From positions 49,470 through 113,469 of the forward strand of contig JABWCG010000002.1 of assembly GCA_013359225.1 (NCBI GenBank): a DNA stretch of 64,000 bases, written 5' to 3'. Each line of letters begins with the position of its first letter. Position 1 is the stretch's first letter. This DNA comes from Candidatus Buchananbacteria bacterium (GTDB lineage Bacteria; Patescibacteriota; Patescibacteriia; Buchananbacterales; UBA6539). The notes under the pieces are model-generated. The model was not told the origin of the DNA. It worked only from the letters and a program-made list of their open reading frames with translations, and searched no databases. The position numbers and the translations under genes were made by a program. Positions 20,109 through 28,352 of this stretch are shown one piece after another.

Positions 20109-20148
20109 TGCTCGCTTGACCAAGTGGTTCAAGCGAGCCTATTTTTTT
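20109..20148 (+). terminator. intrinsic terminator
   Basis: gctcgcttgacc-aagt-ggttcaagcgagc hairpin followed by a T-run. Confidence 0.55.
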
Positions 20149-20173
20149 ATTCAAACCATGCTACAATAAACCT

Positions 20174-20983
20174 ATGATTGAATTTCTTCACACGTTTAAT
20201 CCGCAGCCGATCATTTTTCAGTATGGGCTAGTAACGCTGCATTGGTATGGTATTTTTGTTGTTAGCGGTATTTTAGCCGGCTTTAAAGTCGTTTCTAGGC
20301 TGGCAAAAAAATACCAACTGGCTATTGATCAAATTTATGATCTAGGTTTTTATATGATCCTTTTTGGTTTAGTTGGTGCCAGAATTTTTTCGGTTTTTTT
20401 AGACCTGTCATATTACCGTCAACACCCGCTAGAAATTTTTGCCATTTGGCAGGGTGGTCTAGCTATTCACGGGGCAATCATCGCCGGTTTGATGGTGTTG
20501 GGTTTTTATGCTTATCGCCAAGCACTTGATTTTTGGCGCCTGGCCGATATGATCGCGCCGGCCTTAGCACTGGGCCAAGCGATTGGCCGCTGGGGTAATT
20601 ATTTCAATCAAGAAATTTTTGGCACTCCCACTAATCTGCCGTGGGGGATTCCGATTGAGTTTAAAAATCGGCCGATTGAATATCTGAGTTATGACTATTT
20701 TCATCCTACCTTTTTGTATGAATCAATTTTAAATATTTTAAATTTCGCGCTCTTGTTTTTTTTGCATTACCGATTAAAAAATAAAAAGCCAGGGTTAATT
20801 GTTCTGCTTTATTTAATTAATTATTCTTTGATTAGGCTTGCTCTAGAGACCGTGCGAACTGATGCGGTGCCGCTTTTACTCGGTCTGCGGGCAACCACGA
20901 TTTCGGCGTTAGCGCTTGCCGCCGTGGCCATTGGCATGATTGGTTGGCGGTATCGTTCAAGTTTGACACTCAAAAGACGGTAA
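20174..20983 (+). CDS. lgt: prolipoprotein diacylglyceryl transferase
   Basis: HWYGIFVVSGILAG, GGLAIHGAIIAGL, GRWGNYFNQEIFG signature motifs. Confidence 0.85.
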   Translation: MIEFLHTFNPQPIIFQYGLVTLHWYGIFVVSGILAGFKVVSRLAKKYQLAIDQIYDLGFYMILFGLVGARIFSVFLDLSYYRQHPLEIFAIWQGGLAIHGAIIAGLMVLGFYAYRQALDFWRLADMIAPALALGQAIGRWGNYFNQEIFGTPTNLPWGIPIEFKNRPIEYLSYDYFHPTFLYESILNILNFALLFFLHYRLKNKKPGLIVLLYLINYSLIRLALETVRTDAVPLLLGLRATTISALALAAVAIGMIGWRYRSSLTLKRR

Positions 20984-21003
20984 CCTATAATTAAAGCAAG
21001 TTT

Positions 21004-21399
21004 ATGAAACTAAAATTTCTCACTTTTATCAGTATATTTTCCTTGGCGCTGGCCATTGTTTTTTTAGGAGCAGCCAGCGCTGTTTTAGCCGCTGAAGGGA
21101 TTGAAAATCCATTAGGTATTGACGACCCGCGCGAAATCATTGGTAATGTCATTCGGGCGATTTTAGGTATTGTTGGTTCCTTGGCATTAGCAATTTTCAT
21201 TTTTGGCGGTTTTACTTGGATAACTTCGGCTGGTAATGATGAAAAAGTAAAAAAGGGTAAAGAGATGATTACCTGGGCGGCGTTTGGGTTGGTGGTAATC
21301 TTTTTAAGTTATGCGCTAGTGACCTTTGTGATCGGGGCGATTGTTGGTGGTTCAGGTGGTAGTCCAACTATTCCTGGTAGCGGCGACTCTTCTATTTAA
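21004..21399 (+). CDS. TrbC/VirB2-like pilin candidate (signal peptide plus two TM helices separated by a short charged loop)
   Basis: 131 aa with long signal peptide; mature part has TM1 ILGIVGSLALAIFIFGGF, loop TWITSAGNDEKVKKGKEMIT, TM2 WAAFGLVVIFLSYALVTFVIG, and a Gly/Ser-rich tail. Topology matches the VirB2/TrbC family; sequence identity not verifiable here. Confidence 0.4.
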   Translation: MKLKFLTFISIFSLALAIVFLGAASAVLAAEGIENPLGIDDPREIIGNVIRAILGIVGSLALAIFIFGGFTWITSAGNDEKVKKGKEMITWAAFGLVVIFLSYALVTFVIGAIVGGSGGSPTIPGSGDSSI

Positions 21400-21447
21400 A
21401 ATTAAAATTTGATTTATATTAAAAAACAGTTTAGGCTGTTTTTTATT

Positions 21448-21476
21448 GACAAATTCTTCAAAATATGCTATTATAA
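21448..21476 (+). promoter_or_regulatory. sigma70-type promoter (TTGACA-17-TATTAT) driving the high-GC cassette
   Basis: Consensus hexamers in the AT-rich spacer upstream of a high-GC gene block; the roughly 115-nt leader contains small hairpins (gcgctaatgcgc). Confidence 0.4.
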
Positions 21477-21592
21477 AAGGTCATGATTTTCTGGGTTTTC
21501 CTAGCAGATTATGACCCGCGTGGTCTTTACAATATAGCTAGTTTTGACTGAAATGAAACGCGCTAATGCGCTAAAACACAGGAGATCGTGAC

Positions 21593-22261
21593 ATGGCAGA
21601 AGGAAAGTTTCGAATGTTCGGTGAGTTTGGAACGGCGTTTTTGGCGGACCTGGTTTATGGCAAGACCATAGGCAAAGGTTCCGACACGGGTTCTGTCGCA
21701 GTTGGTTCCGGGCTGGCCAAGGAGTTGCGTCCTCGGCTCTTCGGTTTGGGACGCGACGACGAGGCAGCGTTTGCTCAGGCCCTGGCACAGCTCGACGCAG
21801 TCGGGCAAGCTAAGGTTTTGACCAGAATGAAGTCGTTGGGCAACCCCGACGCCGCCGACACCCCTGAGGCGAGAAGTTTTCGTCTCAGTTTCGTTACTCT
21901 CCCGGACCTGGCGTCGCGGGTAGAAGTAATGAAGATGATTGCCGATATGCCGGATTCCAAATGGCATGACTTCGTTGACGTCACCGGGTTTGCCAATTCT
22001 GGTGACCTCTTGAAGTCATTGCGCGAGTTCTATCGCCGGTTTGAAATTGAACTGGCGGTTATCATGCTGATTATGGGCGCGGCAGCGGTATACGTCGCTG
22101 GTGCCTTGGTTCGCGGTGATGAGAATGCCGCTCGTAGGCTTGAAGCCGGCGCCGCTGGACTGGAAGAGGTATCGGCAAAGGTGCGTCGTTGGGAGGAATC
22201 TCAAGACACTAAACTCAGGCAACAGAAGCGTGGCTTTTGGTCCTGGCTCTGGCCCTGGTAA
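21593..22261 (+). CDS. hypothetical protein, soluble N-domain plus single C-terminal TM (high-GC cassette gene 1)
   Basis: 222 aa; AGGAGA RBS; strong G/C third-position bias; TM LAVIMLIMGAAAVYVAGALV then charged tail ending FWSWLWPW. Confidence 0.5.
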   Translation: MAEGKFRMFGEFGTAFLADLVYGKTIGKGSDTGSVAVGSGLAKELRPRLFGLGRDDEAAFAQALAQLDAVGQAKVLTRMKSLGNPDAADTPEARSFRLSFVTLPDLASRVEVMKMIADMPDSKWHDFVDVTGFANSGDLLKSLREFYRRFEIELAVIMLIMGAAAVYVAGALVRGDENAARRLEAGAAGLEEVSAKVRRWEESQDTKLRQQKRGFWSWLWPW

Positions 22262-22297
22262 CTGTCAACAACAAACCATCTATGAGGATATACTGAC

Positions 22298-23812
22298 ATG
22301 GCTGAAAACGAGAAGAACGAGAAGAACAAAACCGTTACTCCTAGCAGTGACGGTGGCGCTGACGCAGTAATGCGTACGAAAATCGCTGGAGCGGTTCGAT
22401 CAGTAGCCGATGCTATTGAAGAACCGACGAAACTTGGAAGCGTGGCTTACACTACATCCATGGTTTCAGTCGCGATCTTGGCAGCTGTCGGCGTGTTTCT
22501 GGCGCTGTTCGGATCAAAGAGTGGTGAGCAACTTTTGGGTCGTGCCTATACTTTGCTTGAGATGATGTTGAGCGGAGCAGTCGGCACCACCAAGTGGGTT
22601 CAGTCTCAGCGACCGAAGATTCAGAAAATCCTTTGGCTGTATGGCTTGTGGATTCTTGGTACCGTGATAATGACCATCGTGGCCATCTGGATACCTTGGA
22701 CTACGCCGGCCGATATCATCCTGATCGTTTTGGCGGTCATGCCTTATGTGATGGCCTTGGTGGTTCAGGTGCTGGTAGGAAGCTTGCTCAACAATCGGCG
22801 ACTGTCTTTGGCACTCAGCCGACAGTTCGCCATCGTATCCATTGTTGAATTCTTTATTGCCGCGGGCGTGTTGTTTCTACCCGAGGAGATGAATGGGTTC
22901 TATGTGGTTACGAGTTTGGCCCTGGCAGGAATGATTGTTTGTGCTTATTCCCGGCTTGTTGGGACGAAGAGCAACGTCATTTTCCATGCCATGGTTATCA
23001 GCACTATCATGATGGCTTCGGCGGCCTTGAGCATCCACACTCTGGACGTGATTTCGCAATCAGACACCTCTCGTGGTATGGTGGCGAAAGAATTCAAGGC
23101 AACCGTTGATGCCTGGGCGTATCAGCTGACAAACTTCTTGCGTAGTGGGTACTTGGCTGAATATGTCGTTACTCAAGAGGGCGACCTCGATGTTAATGGC
23201 AATTTGGTTAAACTCACTAAGGGCACTAAGGTCTATCGTGATCTGAGCGCGAAGCCTGATTACCCGGATGGTCTGCCGCCCCGTTACAAGGTGACGGTAA
23301 ACGGCGGTACCAATGACGGCATGAAGGGATTTTTTTCTTCAAGCCTTCTGAAGCCGGCGAAGAAACCGTCCGAACCGAAAGTTGTACAACCTGCGCCTGC
23401 CCCAGCGCTAACGCCGGCGACGACGGTCACACTATCATCGCCTCCGGCCTTGACTCCTCCGGTGTCTGCCAATCCGTTGGAATCGGAAATCACCGCCGAG
23501 ACTGGGGAGTGGGAGGACATTGCTCCTTCCAGTTTAATACCCCAGGCTGGTGACATGCTGGTTTGGGGACCGCTGGACAATCCTAAGGAGTTTCGTCGGT
23601 TAGAGTTCATCGTTGGACTTAACGCCGACGATGTCTCAACACCAGTGGTGTTTGATTACCCAGGCGGTGGTTTCGTCGGTAAGACTGGTGTCACCAAGAA
23701 TGACAGTAATTCACCGTTGCGCTTTCGGGTCACCGATGGCGAGCCAATCACCTTCAAAGTGAAAGTTGAACCTGGCGAATATGCCAGATACCTCAAGCGG
23801 AAAGGAGACTGA
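22298..23812 (+). CDS. hypothetical polytopic membrane protein with Pro/Ala/Thr-rich linker and C-terminal soluble domain (high-GC cassette gene 2)
   Basis: 504 aa, about 6 TM helices in the N-terminal half, linker KPAKKPSEPKVVQPAPAPALTPATTVTLSSPPALTPP, C-terminal beta-rich-looking domain. Confidence 0.5.
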   Translation: MAENEKNEKNKTVTPSSDGGADAVMRTKIAGAVRSVADAIEEPTKLGSVAYTTSMVSVAILAAVGVFLALFGSKSGEQLLGRAYTLLEMMLSGAVGTTKWVQSQRPKIQKILWLYGLWILGTVIMTIVAIWIPWTTPADIILIVLAVMPYVMALVVQVLVGSLLNNRRLSLALSRQFAIVSIVEFFIAAGVLFLPEEMNGFYVVTSLALAGMIVCAYSRLVGTKSNVIFHAMVISTIMMASAALSIHTLDVISQSDTSRGMVAKEFKATVDAWAYQLTNFLRSGYLAEYVVTQEGDLDVNGNLVKLTKGTKVYRDLSAKPDYPDGLPPRYKVTVNGGTNDGMKGFFSSSLLKPAKKPSEPKVVQPAPAPALTPATTVTLSSPPALTPPVSANPLESEITAETGEWEDIAPSSLIPQAGDMLVWGPLDNPKEFRRLEFIVGLNADDVSTPVVFDYPGGGFVGKTGVTKNDSNSPLRFRVTDGEPITFKVKVEPGEYARYLKRKGD

Positions 23813-23815
23813 CTA

Positions 23816-24283
23816 GTGGCTAAGAAAGGCAGAAAGGTTGCAATCCGTGACGGATCGGATTTGACGGTGTTCATCACTTGGACACTCGGACACATTAAAC
23901 CCAAGGCGTTTCAGACATTACTTGGGAAGTTCGAGTTCGGCAAGGACGTTCAGATCGTCGATACCGATGATGTCATGATTTGGCGTCGGAAAGTGACCAT
24001 CGAGCCGATGCCGAAAGTCGTCAATGTGCAAGTGCAGTACACGGCTACCGTGGATGTCACGGACGAGATCGAAAATCAGTGCGCCGAAGATGCCGATAAT
24101 AAGGTGTTCAAGGTGATTGATACTTTGGTCAAGGTCAATGACGTCCCGGGCAACGATGAGCCGGAAAAGAAAGAAGAGAAGAAACCTGACCAGCAGCAAG
24201 GTCGCGGGCAACAACGCCAACAGGGCGGTGGTGGTCAAGGCGGCGGGCAGGGCGGTCGGAGTGGCCAAGGCGGTCAAACCTAG
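23816..24283 (+). CDS. hypothetical protein with Gly/Gln-rich low-complexity C-terminus (high-GC cassette gene 3)
   Basis: 155 aa, GTG start 3 nt after the upstream stop, AGGAGA RBS; tail QQGRGQQRQQGGGGQGGGQGGRSGQGGQT. Confidence 0.5.
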   Translation: MAKKGRKVAIRDGSDLTVFITWTLGHIKPKAFQTLLGKFEFGKDVQIVDTDDVMIWRRKVTIEPMPKVVNVQVQYTATVDVTDEIENQCAEDADNKVFKVIDTLVKVNDVPGNDEPEKKEEKKPDQQQGRGQQRQQGGGGQGGGQGGRSGQGGQT

Positions 24284-24498
24284 CTAAGCTAGTATCATCG
24301 ACTGAGAGTAATTTCGGGCGATGATCACGCATTTTCAAAGGACCAGTAAGTTTGTGCAAACAAGCAAGCTGGTCCTCTTTATTTTATCTTGACAGATCTA
24401 GTATTTTTTTGTAGTGTAGTTATATCAACATAGCGCCAAGAGTGTTATGTTTTTTGTTTGAACATTAACAACAAGTTTAACCTTTGGAGGGCTAAGTT

Positions 24499-24963
24499 AT
24501 GGGTATCAGAGATGTTTTAAAAGGGGCTGCTCTTGCCCTTGGTCTGGCTGGTGCTGGCTATGCTGTTGCCCAGACAGCTACATCGACGATCAGACCAACT
24601 GTTTCTTTGTGGGTTATTTTACAGAAATGTAAAGGCCAGGATGATGTGAATTGGCTGAAGCGGTTTGCCGATTTTGTAAAAATTATCGGCGATCAAAAAG
24701 CAACCAGGTTTGTCAGAAATCTTGAATTATTGGCCGGTGAAGTTGGAGTTGAAGTCGCGGCCGATTTGGTTACTTCGATTTTGGGTTTAGAGTCGCTAGA
24801 AGAAGCTTCAAACATGGCTTCAAATCTAAGATTCTTTGAACCAGCACCTTCAAACGGAACGCTTCTTGATGAATTAAGGAAGATGGATGAATCAGCTGCC
24901 GATAATATTGGTCGGCTAGGTGGTCGTTTCCGCCAGGCAATAAAAAATATCAAGGAAGCTTAG
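24499..24963 (+). CDS. hypothetical secreted/membrane-anchored small protein
   Basis: 154 aa, N-terminal hydrophobic segment GAALALGLAGAGYAVA; followed by a hairpin terminator (caggcca...tggcctg + T-run about 24989-25026). Confidence 0.4.
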   Translation: MGIRDVLKGAALALGLAGAGYAVAQTATSTIRPTVSLWVILQKCKGQDDVNWLKRFADFVKIIGDQKATRFVRNLELLAGEVGVEVAADLVTSILGLESLEEASNMASNLRFFEPAPSNGTLLDELRKMDESAADNIGRLGGRFRQAIKNIKEA

Positions 24964-25021
24964 TGGTTTCCTCGAAAAACCCTTTATCTGATAGCAGGCC
25001 AGATGTCAATTTGGCCTGTTT

Positions 25022-27073
25022 TTATTTAGTGGCCTTTTGCAATTGCCCTAAAACTTCAAGCGCCGGTTCAAACTTTGGATCAAGTTCCAAAGCTTTTTTA
25101 ATTTCCTCAACTGCCGCCGCTAAGTCTCCTTGGTTAGCAAACATTACTGCTAAATTCGTTCGCAGTTCGGGGTCATCGGGTACTGCTTCAATACCTTGAC
25201 GCAAGATGCTAATAGCTTGCTGGGGTTCATTTTGCCGGCTGTAAATTGATGCCAGGTGGCTGTAATTATCAATCAGCGTTGGGGAAAGAGCGATTGATTG
25301 GTAATAATGTTTAATGGCTTCATCAATACTTTGCAGATTGACTAAGCTAACCGCCAAACCATGATGACCGCGACCGAAATTCGGATTGATTTTTAAAGCC
25401 GCTTCAAAATTATCTTTAGCCGCTTCAAAATCACTTTGTAGTAGGTTAATCACCCCGGCGTTAGAATAGGCCAGATAGTATCGCGGCTCAACTGTAACTG
25501 CTTTTTCATATTGTTCTAAAGCCTGTTCCAGCTGGCCGAGTTTTTGATAGGTAACGCCAAAGTTGTTGTAGGTTTCAGCAATATTGGGTTGCAGTTTGAT
25601 TGCCTGTTGGTAATGTTCAATGGCTAACTTGTATTCGCCAAGCTCGTCATAAACCGTTGCCAAATTTTCATAGACAATCGCCAGGTTAGGTTCTAACGCC
25701 TTGGCTTTTTCTAGATGAGGTAAAGCTTCGTTGTAGTTTTTTTCTTTGGCATAAAGGTAGCCGATATTGTTGTGGACCCGTCCGTAATCCGGTCGTGACG
25801 CCAAGGTTTTTTGCCAAAGCGTTTTGTCGCTTTTCCAATCAAAGTTTCGGGCAAACGTTAGGCCGGCATAGCTAAATGTAATAGTAATAATCAGTAAAAC
25901 GCCACCAACCACCAAATATTTTTTGGTTGATTTTAATAGGTTATACACTAACCACCCCATTAGCAAGCAGGTACCAACTGACGCCAGGTAGGTGTATTTT
26001 TCAGCCATAATAATGCCAGTGGGAAAAACGTTGGTTACGGCGGCTAAGCTTAAGAAAAACCAACCAATCACTAAGCTAATTAGCGGCTTTCTTTTGGCGA
26101 GGTAAATCGCCAGACCAAACAGAGCGAGTAATAAAATAATTGATATTATTATTTTAGGATCAGCTAAATTTTGATTGATTTTAATTTCATGATAAACCGT
26201 CTGAGGGTAGGGAATAAACAATAAATAGATATATTTGATAAATGCTTTGCTGGTGTTAAAAACTCTGGTAATAAGACCGGATTGCTGTTCGGCATCAAAA
26301 GCGCGGCTGGCAATCGGCAGGCTGGCTCTGATGATGATCCAGACCACCACCCCTACAAAATAAGGGATATAGTTTTTGATTTTTTTGGCCATCACCCGAT
26401 ATTCAAAATTATTTTTATAAAGGTCTAGGAGGATTAACATTAATGGTAAGACGAGCGTGAATTCATAACTGAAAAATGCCAACCAACCAAAGATGATAGA
26501 CGTTAGGTAGAAATTTTGGATTCGGGCGCTGTTACTCTTCAGGTAAAAATAAACGGCGTATAAAAAGAAAACGGCGCCGATAATGTCGACACTGGTGGTA
26601 AAAAAACTGATCGCTTCAGTGTGAATTGGGTGAAGTCCAAAAAATAAGCTGCTTAAAAAAGCGACATGACGATTTTTGGTTAATTGTTCAATCAGGAGAT
26701 AGACGGCGACAACGGCTGCAAGATGAATTAGTAGTGATATCAAGTGATAGCCAAACGCATTTTCAACATGGCCGGTTTCGATCAGTTGATTTTGTCCGCC
26801 AAAAAGTTGGAAGATAAAAAGCTGAAAAATGCTGCGTAAGGGGCGATAAACGCCTTGGTGTTGAGCTGGTAGTTCGCCGCCCAAAAGCGATCCGACGCTA
26901 TCAAGACTATAAAGCGCTGGCCAGTTGCCATAGAAATCCGGGTCGTCCCAGACGAAGCCGTTTGCTAAAATATTTGAATAACTCAAAAAAGTTAAAACTA
27001 ATACAATACTAAGTGCTAGCCATTTTTTAGTTTCCAAGAAGTGTAAGATTTTTTCCATAGCTTTATTATACAA
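25022..27073 (-). CDS. membrane glycosyltransferase-like (PMT/DUF2723-type polytopic N-domain) fused to C-terminal TPR repeats
   Basis: 683 aa, 10 or more TM helices in the first 400 aa, then at least 8 TPR-like 34-aa repeats (repeating AxxYxxAIxxxP patterns). Confidence 0.7.
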   Translation of the reverse strand: MYNKAMEKILHFLETKKWLALSIVLVLTFLSYSNILANGFVWDDPDFYGNWPALYSLDSVGSLLGGELPAQHQGVYRPLRSIFQLFIFQLFGGQNQLIETGHVENAFGYHLISLLIHLAAVVAVYLLIEQLTKNRHVAFLSSLFFGLHPIHTEAISFFTTSVDIIGAVFFLYAVYFYLKSNSARIQNFYLTSIIFGWLAFFSYEFTLVLPLMLILLDLYKNNFEYRVMAKKIKNYIPYFVGVVVWIIIRASLPIASRAFDAEQQSGLITRVFNTSKAFIKYIYLLFIPYPQTVYHEIKINQNLADPKIIISIILLLALFGLAIYLAKRKPLISLVIGWFFLSLAAVTNVFPTGIIMAEKYTYLASVGTCLLMGWLVYNLLKSTKKYLVVGGVLLIITITFSYAGLTFARNFDWKSDKTLWQKTLASRPDYGRVHNNIGYLYAKEKNYNEALPHLEKAKALEPNLAIVYENLATVYDELGEYKLAIEHYQQAIKLQPNIAETYNNFGVTYQKLGQLEQALEQYEKAVTVEPRYYLAYSNAGVINLLQSDFEAAKDNFEAALKINPNFGRGHHGLAVSLVNLQSIDEAIKHYYQSIALSPTLIDNYSHLASIYSRQNEPQQAISILRQGIEAVPDDPELRTNLAVMFANQGDLAAAVEEIKKALELDPKFEPALEVLGQLQKATK

Positions 27074-27177
27074 GAAAGTGTTTGACCTGGCGATTTTTAG
27101 TTAAAAATTTAATGTAAAGTGGACTTGACATCAGATTTAATTAGTTTATACTATAAAGAGCATTTTATTTTAACTTT

Positions 27178-27387
27178 ATGGGTGAACAGGTATCAAATTT
27201 TGTTTATCAATATCGTACTAAGCAGGGAGTAACCCAAGAACAGTTAGCGTTGGCCTTAGGAGTTACTCGTCAGACGATTATTGCAATTGAGCGGGGAAAT
27301 TACACGCCGTCAGTATTGTTGGCGCTTAAGATTGCAAATTTTTTTGGCCAGCCGGTTGAAAAGATATTTATTTATGGAAATAATTAA
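27178..27387 (+). CDS. XRE-family helix-turn-helix transcriptional regulator
   Basis: QEQLALALGVTRQTIIAIERG is a classic HTH_3/Cro-C1 motif. Confidence 0.7.
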   Translation: MGEQVSNFVYQYRTKQGVTQEQLALALGVTRQTIIAIERGNYTPSVLLALKIANFFGQPVEKIFIYGNN

Positions 27388-27405
27388 AATATAAAAATAA
27401 AATTA

Positions 27406-27954
27406 ATGATCAGCACTATGAACATCACAACCCGAAAGGTAGCAGCCTTTTTTTGTTTATTGGTTTTGACAGTCATAATTTCTGCCTGTGTGCCGGCTGA
27501 ACAAAACAGCGCTAATACCGCTACAGTTCCACAGGATAAAGCGTTTCAAGAACAAGATAATGTAATGCTTGAGGCTAATAATGTGGCCGGACAAGAGGCA
27601 ACAGACAGCGCGATGGTGGAAAAAGAGGAAAAAATACTGCAGGATGCCCCGGCTAGTGATAGCAGTGTGGTAGCGCCGCAGGTTAAGACGTTTGATATTA
27701 CGGCTAGAAATTTTGCCTTTTCTCAAACGGAGATAAAAGTGAAGAAAGGGGATAAGGTGCAAATTAATTTTAAGAGTACTGACGGCTTTCATGACTGGGT
27801 TATTGATGAATTTAATGCCAAAACCGACCAGGTTAATACCGGCGGCAGTTCTAGTGTTGAGTTTTCTGCTGATCAGCAAGGAATTTTTGAATTTTATTGT
27901 AGCGTCGGCCGTCACCGTGACTTGGGCATGGTAGGAAAATTGATTGTTGAATAG
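27406..27954 (+). CDS. cupredoxin-fold (plastocyanin/azurin-like) lipoprotein
   Basis: Lipobox LTVIISAC; C-terminal domain with H, CSVGRH and GMVGKLIV motifs resembling type-1 copper ligands (H...C...H...M). Confidence 0.55.
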   Translation: MISTMNITTRKVAAFFCLLVLTVIISACVPAEQNSANTATVPQDKAFQEQDNVMLEANNVAGQEATDSAMVEKEEKILQDAPASDSSVVAPQVKTFDITARNFAFSQTEIKVKKGDKVQINFKSTDGFHDWVIDEFNAKTDQVNTGGSSSVEFSADQQGIFEFYCSVGRHRDLGMVGKLIVE

Positions 27955-27993
27955 TTTGGTTTTTTAATATAAAAAACCACAGTCAGGCCGCTG

Positions 27994-28030
27994 AAAAAGC
28001 CTCGTTATAAATGAATAACGAGGCTTTTTA
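27994..28030 (+). terminator. intrinsic terminator
   Basis: gcctcgttat-aaatga-ataacgaggc hairpin plus T-run. Confidence 0.6.
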
Positions 28031-28352
28031 TTAAAGATTATTGTCTATGGGGGTAAGTTATCAACACCGTCTTCGATAGGTGCCTTTCCCCCTTGTTTTT
28101 TGGGACTTTCTTAATGCTTGTTCGGTTATAGCAAATTGTATATAATGACTAAACCACCAAAACTCTTGAAGGGAGGGAAAGCTTATAAAACAAAAATAAA
28201 ATTTTCGCCTGAAGCTTAAAATAAGATGGAAGCAAATTCTATTAGCCTGTCTTATTTTTTATTGACTTCAAATCCCATATTTTTCCATATTTCTTCAAAA
28301 CATTATTACATTTCGAGCTTAAAAACAAATTATTTAAGGAGGTCAAAAAAAT

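Noticed and set aside
22594-23610. Internal and antisense ORFs within the high-GC cassette (22594-22848 +, 22877-23059 -, 23284-23610 -)
   Set aside because: They overlap the long, RBS-preceded frames. High-GC DNA generates spurious open frames.
28080-28350. NrdR box upstream of nrdA (candidate caaattgtatataatgac)
   Set aside because: It is not palindromic and does not match the acaCwAtATaTwGtgt consensus.
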